Below are positions 50,003-64,000 of a DNA stretch of 64,000 bases, piece after piece. This stretch comes from an uncultured Pelagibacteraceae bacterium (GTDB lineage Bacteria; Pseudomonadota; Alphaproteobacteria; Pelagibacterales; Pelagibacteraceae). The stretch's first letter is position 1. The number at the start of each line of letters is the position of its first letter. Under the pieces are notes generated by a model. The model was not told the DNA's origin and made no database searches. It saw nothing but the letters and a program-made list of their open reading frames with translations. Both the position numbers and the translations under genes were made by a program. The stretch lies in the NCBI GenBank assembly GCA_902631535.1, contig CACOYX010000002.1, forward strand, positions 39,570 through 103,569. Direction: 5' to 3'.

Positions 50003-50754
50003 TCTTTTGTATTAATTATATCGGGTGTTTGCCATGCAAGTCTTTGTCCACCATCAATATTAATTATTTCTCCAGTTATACTTTTGCTTTCAATAAGAAA
50101 TTTTACTCCATTACAGATGTTTTCTAAATCTACTTTTTTTCTCAATATTATTGATTTCCATTGTTTTTTAAAATGTTTCTCAGATTGTCTTTTGTTTTTT
50201 AAAGTTGGACCGGGTGAGACACCATTCACTCTAATATTAGGAGCCAATTTCATAGCTGAGGTTTTTGTTAAAACTGCTAAAGATGACTTACTTAAAGTAT
50301 ATGAGAAAAAAAAGGGGGTTAATTTCTCAACTCTTTGGTCAATAATATTTACAATACATCCTTCTTTATCTTTCACTAATTTATTAAAGTTTTGAGTTAG
50401 AATAGCAGGGGCTTTTAAGTTAACATTAATATGCTTTGTAAATGATTTTTCAGAGAAATTTCCAAGATTATCATTTTCAAAAATAGAAGCATTATTAATT
50501 AGACAATCTAATCCTTTCATCTTTTTGTGAGCAGTCTTAATTAAATTACTAGTTTGCTTAAAATTATTTAGATCTGCTTTTAATAAAAATGTTTCAGCAC
50601 CAAGCTCCTCTAGCTCTTTTTTTAATTTTAAAGCACTTCTTTTAGATTTATTGAAATGAATTACTATTGTCACATCATGACTTACCAAGCTTTTTGCAAT
50701 TGCAGCACCAATCCTTGTAGCTCCACCAGTGATTATTATTTTTTTGGCTTCCAT
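49999..50754 (-). CDS. pteridine reductase-like SDR (FolM/PTR1 type)
   Basis: TGGATRIG (Arg variant), NNAS, IIDQR, YTLSK. Confidence 0.8.
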   Translation of the reverse strand: MEAKKIIITGGATRIGAAIAKSLVSHDVTIVIHFNKSKRSALKLKKELEELGAETFLLKADLNNFKQTSNLIKTAHKKMKGLDCLINNASIFENDNLGNFSEKSFTKHINVNLKAPAILTQNFNKLVKDKEGCIVNIIDQRVEKLTPFFFSYTLSKSSLAVLTKTSAMKLAPNIRVNGVSPGPTLKNKRQSEKHFKKQWKSIILRKKVDLENICNGVKFLIESKSITGEIINIDGGQRLAWQTPDIINTKE

Positions 50755-52907
50755 TTTTTAATTGCTTTTTTAGGTTTCGTACCTGGCATACCCATTGTAG
50801 ATCTTCCTTTTGGGTAAACCTTACTTTTTAAATTATATTGAGAAATTTTTGGATTTAAGGTTATTTCAAGTTCACTTGCTTCCAATTTTCTCATTTCATC
50901 TCTCAATTTTGCGGCTTCTTCAAACTCTAAGTTTGATGCAGCTTCTTTCATTTTTCTATTTAATGCTTTCAGATGTTTCTTTAAGTTTCCACCTACATTT
51001 GAGCCATCACTAATTTTAACATAATCTTTTTCATAAACAGATTCTAAAATATCGCTTATCTCTTTTTTTACCGACTCTGCAGTTATTCCATTTTTTTTAT
51101 TATATTCTAATTGCTTATTTCTTCTCCTTTCAGTTTCTTTTATAGCTTTATCAATGCTTTTTGTAACTTTATCAGCATATAAAATTACTTTACCATCTAT
51201 GTTACGCGCAGCTCTTCCAATAGTTTGTATTAAAGACGTTTCAGATCTTAAAAAACCTTCTTTATCTGCATCTAATATTGCTACCAAAGCGCACTCAGGA
51301 ATATCTAGTCCTTCTCTTAACAAGTTTATTCCAACAAGAATATCAAATACTCCCATTCTTAAATCTCTAATAATTTCAATTCTTTCAAGTGTATCTATAT
51401 CGGAGTGCATGTATCTTACTTTAAGACCATTTTCATGAAGATATTCAGTTAAATCTTCTGCCATCTTTTTTGTAAGAGTTGTGGCAAGAACTCTGTACCC
51501 TTTCTTTACTATTTCTATTGCTTCATGCATTAGATCATCTACTTGAGTTTTAGCTGGTTTTATTTCGACTGGTGGATCTATTAAACCTGTTGGTCTAATA
51601 ATTTGGTCAATGTGTTTATTGCTTGTTTGTTTAAGTTCCCAGGGTCCAGGAGTAGCAGATACGAATATAGTTTGCGTTCTCATTAAATCCCATTCTTCAA
51701 ATTTCAAAGGTCTATTATCCATACAGGACGGTAGTCTAAATCCATACTCAGCCAATGTACTTTTCCTTGTTCGGTCTCCTTTATACATTCCATTTAACTG
51801 GGGAACAGTTACGTGACTTTCATCTACAAATATAATTGCATTATCTGGAAAATATTCAAATAGAGTAGGTGGCGGTTCTCCAGCTTTTCTTCCAGACAAA
51901 AATCTTGAATAATTCTCGATTCCTGCACAAGTTCCTGTCGCTTCAATCATTTCTAAATCAAACTTAGTTCTTTCCCTAAGCCGCTGCTCTTCTAAAAGCT
52001 TATTATTTTCTCTATGTATTTTCAAAGTCTCTGCTAATTCAGATTTTATTTGTCTTATAGCTTGTTCGATAGTTGGTTTAGGAGTTATATAGTGGCTATT
52101 AGCGTAAATTTTTATAATAGAATAATCATTTGTTTTATCGCCAGTAAGCGGATCAAATTCTTCAATTTTTTCCAATTTATTCAAATTAAAACTTATTCTC
52201 CAGGCTCTATCCTCCAAATGTGATGGAAAAATTTCTAAATTTTCCCCCCTTACCCTGAAAGTTCCTCTGAAAAAATTTTGATCATTTCTTTTGTACTGTA
52301 AATTTATAAAAGCTCTAATTAGGTCATCTCGATCATACTCATAATTTTTTTTTAATGTAATTGTCATTTTTGAGTACGCCTCAACAGAACCTAAGCCATA
52401 AATACATGATACGCTTGCAACAATAATTACATCATCTCTTTCTAGCAAAGACCTTGTTGCTGAATGTCTCATACGATCTATTTGCTCGTTTATTGAGGCT
52501 TCTTTTTCTATATACGTGTCCGATCTCGGCACATACGCCTCTGGGGTATAGTAATCATAATATGAAACAAAATATTCAACAGCGTTGTCTGGAAAAAAAC
52601 TTTTAAACTCACCGTATAATTGAGCAGCCAAAGTTTTATTAGGTGCTAAGATTAAGGCTGGTCTATTAGCTTTTTCAATAACTTTTGCCATAGTAAAAGT
52701 CTTCCCAGAACCTGTGACCCCTAAAAGCACTTGCTCTTGTTTATTGTCTTTTAAATTTTTTAAAATTTGTTTAATAGCCTCTGGTTGGTCACCGCTAGGT
52801 TGAAAATCACTTTTGATTTTAAAGTTAATACCTCCCTCTAACTTCTTAATTTTTTTAGAGTTATTAACTTCCAGGTCAGCTAATTTTTCTTGATAAGTAT
52901 TTTGCAT
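50736..52907 (-). CDS. uvrB: excinuclease ABC subunit B
   Basis: [41 protein letters not shown]. Confidence 0.98.
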   Translation of the reverse strand: MQNTYQEKLADLEVNNSKKIKKLEGGINFKIKSDFQPSGDQPEAIKQILKNLKDNKQEQVLLGVTGSGKTFTMAKVIEKANRPALILAPNKTLAAQLYGEFKSFFPDNAVEYFVSYYDYYTPEAYVPRSDTYIEKEASINEQIDRMRHSATRSLLERDDVIIVASVSCIYGLGSVEAYSKMTITLKKNYEYDRDDLIRAFINLQYKRNDQNFFRGTFRVRGENLEIFPSHLEDRAWRISFNLNKLEKIEEFDPLTGDKTNDYSIIKIYANSHYITPKPTIEQAIRQIKSELAETLKIHRENNKLLEEQRLRERTKFDLEMIEATGTCAGIENYSRFLSGRKAGEPPPTLFEYFPDNAIIFVDESHVTVPQLNGMYKGDRTRKSTLAEYGFRLPSCMDNRPLKFEEWDLMRTQTIFVSATPGPWELKQTSNKHIDQIIRPTGLIDPPVEIKPAKTQVDDLMHEAIEIVKKGYRVLATTLTKKMAEDLTEYLHENGLKVRYMHSDIDTLERIEIIRDLRMGVFDILVGINLLREGLDIPECALVAILDADKEGFLRSETSLIQTIGRAARNIDGKVILYADKVTKSIDKAIKETERRRNKQLEYNKKNGITAESVKKEISDILESVYEKDYVKISDGSNVGGNLKKHLKALNRKMKEAASNLEFEEAAKLRDEMRKLEASELEITLNPKISQYNLKSKVYPKGRSTMGMPGTKPKKAIKKWKPKK

Positions 52908-52939
52908 TATATGTTAATAATATTTATAATTTATTATAA

Positions 52940-55076
<2,137 letters not shown>

Positions 55077-55099
55077 TTTGTAAAGGTATATAGTAACTA

Positions 55100-56053
55100 A
55101 TGTTGGAATTAAAAGCACTTCTTTTAACGCAAGGTATGCACGGCATGGTCAGCCAAGTTGAGGGTTTAGCCAAAGCTTTGGGGCTAAGTTATAAACACCA
55201 AAAAATTGAACTAAAATCTCTTTGGAATTTAGTTCCTCCAAAATTCAGTCCAATTTCAGAAAATTTGGTTAAAAATAAATTTGTGTGTGACTGTAAAGTA
55301 ATTATATCATGCGGCAGAAAGAGTGTAATACCATCAATAGCTTTAAAAAAAAGACTAGGAAATCAAATTTTTAATATTCACATACAAGATCCAAAAATAT
55401 CATTCAAACATTTTGACCTTATTGTTAGTCCGGAACATGATAATTTAAAAGGTGAAAATATAATTAATACTAAGGGAGCGATACATTATTTAACTAAAAA
55501 AGAAATTATGGATAATTCTCATTATTTAGGAATAGAAAAAGATAAACGGAGGGAATTGGTTGCCTTTATTATTGGAGGACCAAATAAATATTACAAGTAT
55601 TCTGAAAAGCAAATTCACGCACTTTTTAATAAAGTGAAAACTTTATTTACCCCAGATAAATTTAAGATTATTGTAATTCCTTCTTATCGGACACCTGAAA
55701 ATATTTTAAAAATTGCCTTCAATACATTTAATGTTGATCATCATGTAGTAAAAACTATTGATAAAAATGCTTATCTCTCTGCATTAGCAATATCCAATTA
55801 TATCGTTGTTACGTGCGACTCTACGTCAATGATCTCTGAAGCAGCTATGACAGGGAAACCAGTGTACATTGCAATGATGAGTTCCTTTAAACCAACAGTA
55901 AGATTTAAAAAATTTTATTCACAATTAGGTGATTTAGGTATAACAAGAGAGTTAGGAAACACTGTTGAAAGTTGGAGTTATAACAAATTAAATGAAGTAA
56001 ATAGAATAGCTCCAATCGTAAAAGCAAAAATGAAAAAAAATGGAATTATTTAA
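55100..56053 (+). CDS. ELM1/DUF1022 family protein (GT-B-like fold)
   Basis: G..SQ..GLA, SCGR, IQDP, P.HD, IGGP, S.RTP, VT.DS.SM.SEA..TGKPV. Confidence 0.85.
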   Translation: MLELKALLLTQGMHGMVSQVEGLAKALGLSYKHQKIELKSLWNLVPPKFSPISENLVKNKFVCDCKVIISCGRKSVIPSIALKKRLGNQIFNIHIQDPKISFKHFDLIVSPEHDNLKGENIINTKGAIHYLTKKEIMDNSHYLGIEKDKRRELVAFIIGGPNKYYKYSEKQIHALFNKVKTLFTPDKFKIIVIPSYRTPENILKIAFNTFNVDHHVVKTIDKNAYLSALAISNYIVVTCDSTSMISEAAMTGKPVYIAMMSSFKPTVRFKKFYSQLGDLGITRELGNTVESWSYNKLNEVNRIAPIVKAKMKKNGII

Positions 56054-56711
56054 ATCTTTAGAAAAAAAAACGAAATTATATAATGATCCGTTCAAACATT
56101 TTGAAATTAACGAACCATTAACACAAAATGCTATAGAAGAGATTTGTAATGCTGAAATAGCCGATCCTAGAAAACAAAATTTAAATTATGATGGAACAAG
56201 AGCTTTAGACGGTGGGGAGGGAGCCTTTCGATCAGGAATTAAAGATGGAGGAAAAGCAAAAAAACTTAGATGTTATGTCACTAAAGAAAACTCTAATCAA
56301 TTTCCAAATTTAACAAAATTTATTGAAGAATTAAGATCACCTGAAGTTTATAAAAAAATCGGTTCATTAATTGGAAAAGATTTAAGTAATTCTTACGTAA
56401 GACTTGAGGTGATTTGTGATCGAGAAGGTTTTTGGCTTAAACCTCATTGTGATATTGAAGAAAAATTAATGTCTTCAATAGTTTTTGTCAATTTACACAA
56501 TGAGTCAGAAAATCTAGGAACTGATTTTTATGACGCAAAATTAAATAAAATTAAAACAGTTCCTTACAAACATAATTATGGATATTTCTTCACAAGTGGA
56601 CCAAACACTTGGCATGGTATGGAGAAAAAAGAGATCAAAAAAGAAAGAAGATGTATACAAATAAACTACGTTACCTTCGAAACTGATTGGAAAGTAAAAA
56701 GCCAAAGTTAA
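56040..56711 (+). CDS. 2OG-Fe(II) oxygenase family protein
   Basis: HxD (PHCD), distal His (TWHG), Arg (ERR), GT.FY strand. Confidence 0.78.
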   Translation: MELFKSLEKKTKLYNDPFKHFEINEPLTQNAIEEICNAEIADPRKQNLNYDGTRALDGGEGAFRSGIKDGGKAKKLRCYVTKENSNQFPNLTKFIEELRSPEVYKKIGSLIGKDLSNSYVRLEVICDREGFWLKPHCDIEEKLMSSIVFVNLHNESENLGTDFYDAKLNKIKTVPYKHNYGYFFTSGPNTWHGMEKKEIKKERRCIQINYVTFETDWKVKSQS

Positions 56712-59700
56712 ATATCTTGTAAGGAAGTAACGCTTATATCTTTAAGTTTAAGTGATTTAATACCCTCTAAACAAACTTTTGCTGTAGACATATTTGTGCA
56801 GTATGGCACTTTATTTGCTAATGTAGCTCTTCTCAAAGCCACAGCATCACTCAATTGTGTTTCACTATTTCCACCTCCAGTATTGATGACCAAAGCAATT
56901 TTTTTAGCATTAAGAACATCAACAATATGCGGGGAGCCCTGATTTACCTTGTTTATTTTTTTACATTTAATTCCATGTTTTTTAATATAATCAGCAGTTC
57001 CACCTGTTCCACAAAGTTTGAAATTTAATTTAACTAATTGTTTTGCTAAATATACTCCTTCTTCTTTATGGCTATTTTTTAGAGATATAAAAGCTAATCC
57101 TTTTTTTGGAAGAGAGTTAGAGGCTGCGATTTGACTTTTAGCAAAAGCCATTCCAAAGTTTTTGTCAAAACCCATTACTTCACCTGTTGATTTCATTTCC
57201 GGCCCAAGTAAAAGATCGCTATTAGGGAATTTATTAAAAGGAAATACAGCCTCTTTTACTGCAAACATGTCTTTGGTTTTACTTTTTAAGTTGAACTTAG
57301 ACAGTTTCTCTCCTGCCATCACTCTAGATGCTATCTTAGCAAGTGGTAAATTTTTAGCTTTTGAAACAAATGGAACAGTTCTACTTGCTCTTGGATTAAC
57401 TTCAATCACATAAATTTCATCTTTTTTAATTGCATATTGAACATTCATAAAACCTTTAACTTTAAGTGCTAAAGCTAATTTTTTTGTTTGATTTTCAATT
57501 TCTTTTATTAAAAAAGATTTTATTGATACCGGAGGCAAACTGCATGCTGAGTCACCAGAGTGTATTCCTGCTTCCTCTATATGTTGCATAATACCTGCTA
57601 CGAAAACATTTGCACCATCCGATATTGCATCAACATCAACCTCCATTGCATTATCGATAAACTTATCAATTAAGATTGGATTTTTTTCAGCAACTTTAAA
57701 TGCTTCTTTTACAAAGTTTTTAAGCTGGCTTTTTTCATGTACAATCTCCATTGCTCTTCCTCCTAATACATAAGATGGTCTTACCATCAAAGGCAAACCA
57801 ATTTTATCTGCGATTTTAATCGCTTGAGGAAAAGTTCTGGCTATTCCACTTTCAGCCTGTTTTAAATTAAGTTCATTTAAAAGATTTCTAAATCTATTTC
57901 TATCTTCAGCAAGATCGATTGATGAATATTGTGTCCCTAAAATTGGAAGTTTATTTTCGTGTAAAAATTTCGCAAGTTTAATGGGAGTTTGACCTCCAAA
58001 TTGAGTAATGACTCCCTTTACATTACCTTTTGATTTCTCTCTTTTAATAATATTGAAAACGTATTCATCAATTAAAGGTTCAAAATATAATCTGTCACTC
58101 GTGTCATAATCAGTTGATACGGTTTCCGGATTACAATTAACCATGATTGTTTCATATTTAGCTTCTTTAAGCGCAAAACTAGCTTGGCAACAGCAATAAT
58201 CAAACTCTATTCCCTGACCAATTCTGTTGGGACCTCCCCCAAGTATTATTATCTTATTTTTGTTTGATGGGTCAGCCTCACACTCTAAATTGCTGGAGAA
58301 ATTTCTTTGATAAGTAGAATACATATATGGAGTAAAAGATTTAAATTCTGCAGCACAAGTATCAACTTTTTTATAAACTGGTAAAACTTTTAAAGCAGCT
58401 CTTTTTTTTCTAATTAACGACTCTGAAGTATTCGTAAGTTCAGATAATTTTTTATCAGAAAACCCTATCGACTTAATATAATTAAATTCATTAAAATTTT
58501 TAGGAAGACCTTTTTTCTTTATTTTAATTTCATTATCTACGATTTCTTTTATTTGATTCAAAAACCACAGATCAATTTTTGAAAGTTTATTTATTTCCTT
58601 TAAATTTATTTTTTTTCTTATAGCCTCTCCAACAAGTAAAATTTTATTTGGAATATTTTCTTTAAGTTTTTGTCTAATTTGTTTCAGATTTAAATTAAAT
58701 ATTTGGTCTAATCCTGAGAAACCTGTTTCTAAAGAGACCAAAGCTTTTTGAAGAGACTCTTTAAAATTTCTCCCAATAGCCATTGCCTCTCCTACTGATT
58801 TCATTGATGTACCTAAAACTGCAGCTGAAGAGGAGAATTTTTCAAAAGTAAATCTTGGTATTTTAGTGACCACATAGTCTATCGTAGGTTCAAAAGATGC
58901 AGGTGTTACTTTTGTAATTTCATTTTTTAATTCGTCTAAAGTGTATCCTACTGCTAACTTCGCTGCTACTTTTGCTATTGGAAACCCTGTGGCCTTGGAA
59001 GCTAGCGCTGAAGATCTTGAAACCCTTGGGTTCATCTCAATAATCACCATTCTTCCATTTTTTGGGTTAATCGCAAATTGAACATTTGATCCGCCAGTTT
59101 CAACACCAATTTTTCTTAAGCAAGCTATAGAGGCATTCCTCATAACTTGATATTCTTTGTCAGTTAAAGTTAGTGCTGGGGCGATAGTAACCGAGTCCCC
59201 TGTATGGATTCCCATGGGATCTAAATTTTCTATTGAACAAATGATAATGCAATTGTCATTTTTATCTCTGACAACTTCCATCTCAAATTCTTTCCAACCC
59301 TCTAAACACTCTTCCACTAAGACTTGATTAACGGGTGACTCGTGAAGTCCATTTTTTACTATCTTATAAAAATCTTTTTTATTTTTTGCGATACCACCCC
59401 CTAAACCACCTAGAGTAAAAGCCGGTCTTATAATTGCGGGTAATCCAATTTGTTTTAATACCTTTAAAGATTGTTTAATATTATTCACTATTTTCGATTT
59501 GGGAAGATCTAAACCAATCTCTATCATATTTTTTCTAAACTTTTTTCTATCTTCTGCATTGGATATTGCTCTGGAATTAGCTCCAATAAGTTCAATTTTA
59601 TATTTTTTAAGAATTCCTTTTTTCTCTGCCTCCATTGCTAAATTTAATGCAGTTTGACCACCCATAGTTGGCAAGATCGCATCAGGTTTTTCTTTGATAA

Positions 59701-59932
59701 GAATTTTCTCAAGAATTTCTATTGTAATAGGCTCAATGTAAGTTTTATCAGCAACGTTTGGATCCGTCATAATTGTTGCTGGATTTGAATTTATGAGAAT
59801 TACTTTGAACCCCTCGTCTTTCAAAGCTTTACAAGCTTGAGTGCCTGAATAGTCAAATTCACAAGCTTGCCCAATAATAATTGGTCCTGCACCCACAACT
59901 AAAATTTTTTTAATATCTTTTCTTTTTGGCAT
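56708..59932 (-). CDS. carB: carbamoyl-phosphate synthase large subunit
   Basis: [14 protein letters not shown], duplicated ATP-grasp, MGS domain. Confidence 0.99.
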   Translation of the reverse strand: MPKRKDIKKILVVGAGPIIIGQACEFDYSGTQACKALKDEGFKVILINSNPATIMTDPNVADKTYIEPITIEILEKILIKEKPDAILPTMGGQTALNLAMEAEKKGILKKYKIELIGANSRAISNAEDRKKFRKNMIEIGLDLPKSKIVNNIKQSLKVLKQIGLPAIIRPAFTLGGLGGGIAKNKKDFYKIVKNGLHESPVNQVLVEECLEGWKEFEMEVVRDKNDNCIIICSIENLDPMGIHTGDSVTIAPALTLTDKEYQVMRNASIACLRKIGVETGGSNVQFAINPKNGRMVIIEMNPRVSRSSALASKATGFPIAKVAAKLAVGYTLDELKNEITKVTPASFEPTIDYVVTKIPRFTFEKFSSSAAVLGTSMKSVGEAMAIGRNFKESLQKALVSLETGFSGLDQIFNLNLKQIRQKLKENIPNKILLVGEAIRKKINLKEINKLSKIDLWFLNQIKEIVDNEIKIKKKGLPKNFNEFNYIKSIGFSDKKLSELTNTSESLIRKKRAALKVLPVYKKVDTCAAEFKSFTPYMYSTYQRNFSSNLECEADPSNKNKIIILGGGPNRIGQGIEFDYCCCQASFALKEAKYETIMVNCNPETVSTDYDTSDRLYFEPLIDEYVFNIIKREKSKGNVKGVITQFGGQTPIKLAKFLHENKLPILGTQYSSIDLAEDRNRFRNLLNELNLKQAESGIARTFPQAIKIADKIGLPLMVRPSYVLGGRAMEIVHEKSQLKNFVKEAFKVAEKNPILIDKFIDNAMEVDVDAISDGANVFVAGIMQHIEEAGIHSGDSACSLPPVSIKSFLIKEIENQTKKLALALKVKGFMNVQYAIKKDEIYVIEVNPRASRTVPFVSKAKNLPLAKIASRVMAGEKLSKFNLKSKTKDMFAVKEAVFPFNKFPNSDLLLGPEMKSTGEVMGFDKNFGMAFAKSQIAASNSLPKKGLAFISLKNSHKEEGVYLAKQLVKLNFKLCGTGGTADYIKKHGIKCKKINKVNQGSPHIVDVLNAKKIALVINTGGGNSETQLSDAVALRRATLANKVPYCTNMSTAKVCLEGIKSLKLKDISVTSLQDI

Positions 59933-61118
59933 TTTTTTTCATACTCTTTACAAATTTATCAAATAAATAAACACTATCTTGAGGACCAGGGTTGGACTCT
60001 GGATGATATTGAACTGAAAAAACAGGTTTATTTTTTAATTCGATACCTTCAATACTGTTATCGAATAAAGACTGGTGAGTAACTCTTATATTTTTTGGTA
60101 AACCTTTTTTTACTACTTCAAACCCATGATTCTGACTCGTGATTTCAACATTGCCCTCAATTAAATTTTTGACGGGGTGGTTAGCTCCTCTATGGCCCAA
60201 TTTCATTTTCTCTGTCTTAGCACCAAGTGCTAAAGCTAGCATTTGATGGCCCAAACAGATCCCAAATAATGGTATTTTTTTTTTAATTAAGTTTTGAATT
60301 ATTGGTATAGCATATTTTCCAGTTGCAGCAGGATCTCCAGGTCCGTTTGATAAAAATATCCCATCAGGCTTCAATTTAAGAATATCTTTTGAGGTTGTCT
60401 TGCATGGTACTATTGTAACTTTACAATTAAAATCTGAAAAATATCTTAGAATATTTTTCTTAATTCCATAGTCTATCGCAACTACATGTAATAATTTTTT
60501 TTTATTTTTTAAATATCCATTTTCTTTTTTCCAAGTTTTGTAATCTTGCCACAAATAATTCTTCTTAGTGGTAACCTCTTTTGCTAAATCTAAGTTTTTA
60601 AGACCACTCCATTTATTAGTAATTCTAATGAGCTTTTTTATATTTAATTTTTTTTTGTTGTAAAAGGATATGGTCCCCTTAGGTGCACCTTTATCTCTAA
60701 TGAAGTTAGTTAAATTTCTAGTATCAATACCAGTTATTCCAACTATCTTATTTTTTTGTAACCATTGATCCAAATGTTTTAGAGATCTGTAATTTGATGG
60801 ATTAGTTATTTCTGTGTTTATTATTACTCCTTTAGTCCATATTTTGTCAGACTCGTGATCCTCTTTATTTGTTCCTACGTTACCTACATGAGGAAAAGTA
60901 AAGTTAATAATTTGATTTGCATAAGAAGGATCGGAAATTATCTCTTGGTAACCAGTAATTGAGGTGTTAAAGCATACTTCACCAGTTGCAGTGCCTTTGT
61001 ATCCCAAACCTACACCTTTAAAAAACTTTCCATTTTGAAGGACTAAAATAGCAGTGGATTTGATCTTATTAAGATTTTTAATTGAGTTTATATTTTGAAT
61101 AGAAGGTTTCAAATACAA
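59910..61118 (-). CDS. carA: carbamoyl-phosphate synthase small subunit
   Basis: [26 protein letters not shown]. Start uncertain (TTG 61118 or 61112). Confidence 0.97.
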   Translation of the reverse strand: MYLKPSIQNINSIKNLNKIKSTAILVLQNGKFFKGVGLGYKGTATGEVCFNTSITGYQEIISDPSYANQIINFTFPHVGNVGTNKEDHESDKIWTKGVIINTEITNPSNYRSLKHLDQWLQKNKIVGITGIDTRNLTNFIRDKGAPKGTISFYNKKKLNIKKLIRITNKWSGLKNLDLAKEVTTKKNYLWQDYKTWKKENGYLKNKKKLLHVVAIDYGIKKNILRYFSDFNCKVTIVPCKTTSKDILKLKPDGIFLSNGPGDPAATGKYAIPIIQNLIKKKIPLFGICLGHQMLALALGAKTEKMKLGHRGANHPVKNLIEGNVEITSQNHGFEVVKKGLPKNIRVTHQSLFDNSIEGIELKNKPVFSVQYHPESNPGPQDSVYLFDKFVKSMKKNAKKKRY

Positions 61119-61160
61119 CTCATGAGTTAAAGTAAAATACTTATGAACATGATTTTGCGC

Positions 61161-61189
61161 AACATATGAAATAGTAATAAAATCGTCAA
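61161..61189 (-). promoter_or_regulatory. putative sigma70 promoter of carAB
   Basis: Minus strand TTGACG-N17-TATGTT. Confidence 0.6.
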
Positions 61190-61240
61190 GAAAGTTCTTT
61201 TTATTTTAGATAAGAATTGTGATTAAAATAATTTTTAAAC

Positions 61241-61696
61241 ATGTCTATAAAAAAGCAAATTGACGAAAAACTTAATCAGGCGCTAAAGGCAAAGGACAAG
61301 AGCACATACCCAACCCTTAGGCTTGTAGTGTCGGCCATAAAAGATGCTGAGATTGCCGCTAGAACTAAAGGCCAAAAGGAAATGTCCGATAGCGATATAA
61401 TGGCTATTTTGAAAAAAATGATCAAACAGAGAAATGAGTCATGTGAAGTGTACAAAAAAGCAGGGCGTAACGAGCTTCTAGAAAATGAAACAAAAGAAAT
61501 TCAAGTAATAAGTAATTTTTTACCTAAACAATTGAGTGAAGATGAGACTAAAAAATTGTGTCAAGAGGCCATCAAATCTTCCGGTGCTTCTACCATGAAA
61601 GATATGGGAAAAGTCATGGGAATATTAAAATCAAAACATGCAGACACTCTTGATTTTTCAAAAGTCAGCTCAATTATAAAAAACCTTTTGAACTAA
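61241..61696 (+). CDS. GatB/YqeY domain protein
   Basis: LR....AIK, KQR.ES...Y..AGR, FLPKQLS, KDMGKVM. Confidence 0.93.
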   Translation: MSIKKQIDEKLNQALKAKDKSTYPTLRLVVSAIKDAEIAARTKGQKEMSDSDIMAILKKMIKQRNESCEVYKKAGRNELLENETKEIQVISNFLPKQLSEDETKKLCQEAIKSSGASTMKDMGKVMGILKSKHADTLDFSKVSSIIKNLLN

Positions 61697-63484
61697 ATGA
61701 AATATCCAAAAGAATATCTTGATGAAATAAAATTAAGATTAAAAGTTTCTCAAGTTGTGGAAAAAACAGTTAAATTAAAAAAAAGAGGAAAAGAATTTAT
61801 TGGGCTTTCACCTTTTAAGAACGAAAAAAGTCCCTCCTTTACTGTAAATGATGAAAAGGAATTTTATCACTGTTTTAGTAGTGGCGAACATGGAAATATT
61901 TTTGATTTTTTAATGAAAACAAAATCTATTGGCTTTGGAGAGGCGGTAAGGTCTCTAGCGGCTGAAGCTGGAATGCAACCCTATAGGTTTTCTAATTTTG
62001 ATCAAAAAAAAGATCTCAGGTTTCAAACTTATAAAAATATTTTTAAAGATTATTCAAATTATTTTCATCAGCAGTTATTTAATTTAGATAACAAAGAAGC
62101 ACTAGAATATCTTTTAAAAAGAGGTTTAGAGAAAAAAACCATTGAAGAGTTCCAATTAGGATATGTGCCTTGGCAAAACAATTTTTATGAAGAGCTTTTA
62201 AAAAGATACTCGGAAGAAGAAATTAATTTAACAGGTTTATATTATAAAAACGACAAAACCGGAAAATTTACAGATAGATTTAACTCAAGAGTGACGTTTC
62301 CTGTAAATAATATAACAGGTGATACAATTGCCTTTGGGGGAAGAATTATTCGTGAAAGCAAATTAGCTAAATATATAAATTCACCGGAAACAGAATTTTA
62401 TAAAAAAGGAAACATGATTTTTAATTTAGATAAAGCAAAAGACTCCAGATCAGAAACGAATGAAGTTTTGATTGTAGAAGGTTATATGGATGTTGTAAGC
62501 GTTTACTCTTCTGGAGTTAAAAATGTGATTGCAAACTCAGGCACTGCTCTAACTGAAAGACAGATAAGTTTAATATGGAAATTTTTTTCAAACCCGATAA
62601 TTTGTCTAGACGGTGATGAAAGTGGTCAGAGGGCTGCCTTAAGAATTGCGGAGAAATTATTCCCATTAATTAATGAAAAAAAAAAAATTTACTTTTCCAT
62701 AATGCCCGAAGGTAAAGATCCTGATGATTTTATTAAACAAAATGGAAGAGATGGTTTATTAAACTTACTTAAGGATAAAGAAATTATCCAATCATTTATT
62801 TGGAATTATCATCTAAGTAAAGTAGATCTGAATAACCCTTACGAAATATCACAATTTGAAAAAGAGATTAAAAACTTGTCGTATACAATTCAAGATGAAA
62901 CATTAAAAAAATATGTTCTTGAAGACTTTCTGGACAAAATTAAAAAACTTACGCCAATTTTAACTTCAAAAAAAAATTATGGTTATACTTTCTTTAAAAA
63001 GAAAAAAGATTACCAAATTCTTAAGGAAACAAAAATTTTACACCAAAAAAGAAAAGACTTATCTAAAATTCAAATTATAGAGCTCTCTATTTTATTTATA
63101 ATTTTAAACTATTTAGAATTGGCCTCAAAAAAAATAGAGGAGCTTTCCGAAATTGAATTCCTTGGCGAAAAAAATCAAAGTTTAAAAGGTGAAATAATAG
63201 CAGCCTTATCTGACGGTAGCGATAAAAACTTTATTATTTCAAAAATAAATACTGAATACGATAAAATTATCAAAGAAATCAACGAAAATTCAAATATTGA
63301 AATTATTGCAAAAAACAAAACTGACCAGGATGTTCTAGAACTACTAGATGAATTGATTCAAGACCATAAAGATCAAAGCAATCTTAGAAAAATAGAATCT
63401 TTGGAACGAAAATTAATTAATAACTTAGACGAAAACTCCTATTCAGAACTTTTAAAGCTTAAAAGTCAGTTAAATAGGGATTAA
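61697..63484 (+). CDS. dnaG: DNA primase
   Basis: EKSPSF, DRF..R..FP, FGGR, KYINSPET, VEGYMD, DGDESG, KDPDD. Confidence 0.97.
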   Translation: MKYPKEYLDEIKLRLKVSQVVEKTVKLKKRGKEFIGLSPFKNEKSPSFTVNDEKEFYHCFSSGEHGNIFDFLMKTKSIGFGEAVRSLAAEAGMQPYRFSNFDQKKDLRFQTYKNIFKDYSNYFHQQLFNLDNKEALEYLLKRGLEKKTIEEFQLGYVPWQNNFYEELLKRYSEEEINLTGLYYKNDKTGKFTDRFNSRVTFPVNNITGDTIAFGGRIIRESKLAKYINSPETEFYKKGNMIFNLDKAKDSRSETNEVLIVEGYMDVVSVYSSGVKNVIANSGTALTERQISLIWKFFSNPIICLDGDESGQRAALRIAEKLFPLINEKKKIYFSIMPEGKDPDDFIKQNGRDGLLNLLKDKEIIQSFIWNYHLSKVDLNNPYEISQFEKEIKNLSYTIQDETLKKYVLEDFLDKIKKLTPILTSKKNYGYTFFKKKKDYQILKETKILHQKRKDLSKIQIIELSILFIILNYLELASKKIEELSEIEFLGEKNQSLKGEIIAALSDGSDKNFIISKINTEYDKIIKEINENSNIEIIAKNKTDQDVLELLDELIQDHKDQSNLRKIESLERKLINNLDENSYSELLKLKSQLNRD

Positions 63485-63536
63485 ATAAAGTATAGATTTT
63501 TTAGACTTAGTTATTATATATATTCTTTGCTAAATT

Positions 63537-64000
63537 ATGGCTGAAAAACTCATAACTAAATCATTTGAGAGGCTTCTTGATAAAGGAAAGCATAGAGGTT
63601 TTATAACCTACGAAGAGCTAGGAAAATCATTAGGTAAAAGAAACAGCACTAATGATAATATAGAACGAGCATTCATTATATTGGTAGATGAAAAAATAAC
63701 TCTTGTAGAAAAGAAATCGCAGTATCAATCAAATAAAAAGAAAGAAACATCTACACAAACAGAGGAAAAATCTTCTGATAAAAGCGATGATCCGATTAGA
63801 ATGTATCTTAGAGAAATGGGTGGAGTTGAGCTACTTTCAAGGGAGGGTGAGATTGCGATTGCAAAAAGAATAGAAGCGGGGAAAGACGTAATGATTAATG
63901 CTCTTACTCAAAGCCCAATCGTTGGAAAAAAAATATTTGAATGGAAAGAGCAAATTGAAAATCAACAAATGCTTGTTAGAGATATAATTGATATCGACTC
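63537..64000 (+). CDS. rpoD: RNA polymerase sigma factor RpoD (partial, runs off window end)
   Basis: Manual translation MAEKLITKSFERLLDKGKHRGFITYEEL..DDPIRMYLREMGGVELLSREGEIAIAKRIEAG (regions 1.1/1.2); follows dnaG. Confidence 0.95.
   Translation, partial: MAEKLITKSFERLLDKGKHRGFITYEELGKSLGKRNSTNDNIERAFIILVDEKITLVEKKSQYQSNKKKETSTQTEEKSSDKSDDPIRMYLREMGGVELLSREGEIAIAKRIEAGKDVMINALTQSPIVGKKIFEWKEQIENQQMLVRDIIDID

Noticed and set aside
61127-61165. 12-aa uORF MLRKIMFISILL upstream of carA as an arginine attenuator peptide
   Set aside because: Its ATG lies within the predicted -10 box, so it would not be transcribed from that promoter; it has only one Arg codon and no attenuator hairpins.

Overview
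Gene-dense, very AT-rich core-genome segment of a streamlined marine alphaproteobacterium, almost certainly SAR11/Ca. Pelagibacter. This is inferred from low GC by eye, near-zero intergenic space, and alphaproteobacterial gene order: ctaC-D-B-G-E-surf1, a split F0 operon, mutY/dciA-dsbA-smc, ccrM and petABC. The window holds about 62 CDS and one tRNA-Gln(UUG). Main content: aa3 cytochrome c oxidase, bc1 complex, ATP synthase F0, the retinal pathway crtI-crtB-crtY-blh (no rhodopsin or crtE here), MEP genes ispH/ispE, DNA maintenance genes (smc, dciA, mutY, ccrM, rnhA/B, udg, uvrB/C, dnaG), carAB, a MarR-OmpR-EnvZ-like module, and partial ubiA and rpoD at the edges. I found no mobile element, CRISPR array or rRNA. 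The most notable observation is an 814-aa SMC with intact ATPase heads but no recognisable hinge or zinc hook. Others are a GANTC-bearing inverted repeat in the ccrM leader, divergent mutY/dciA starts sharing one ATGCAT palindrome, and MutY with a degenerate FSH (8-oxoG) loop. Also noted: loss of metal ligands in UDG and DnaG, an unannotated 36-aa membrane ORF in the cox operon, and a dehalogenase-CDGSH-pirin-qor-DUF1289 cluster. All calls come from motif recognition; no database searches were run.
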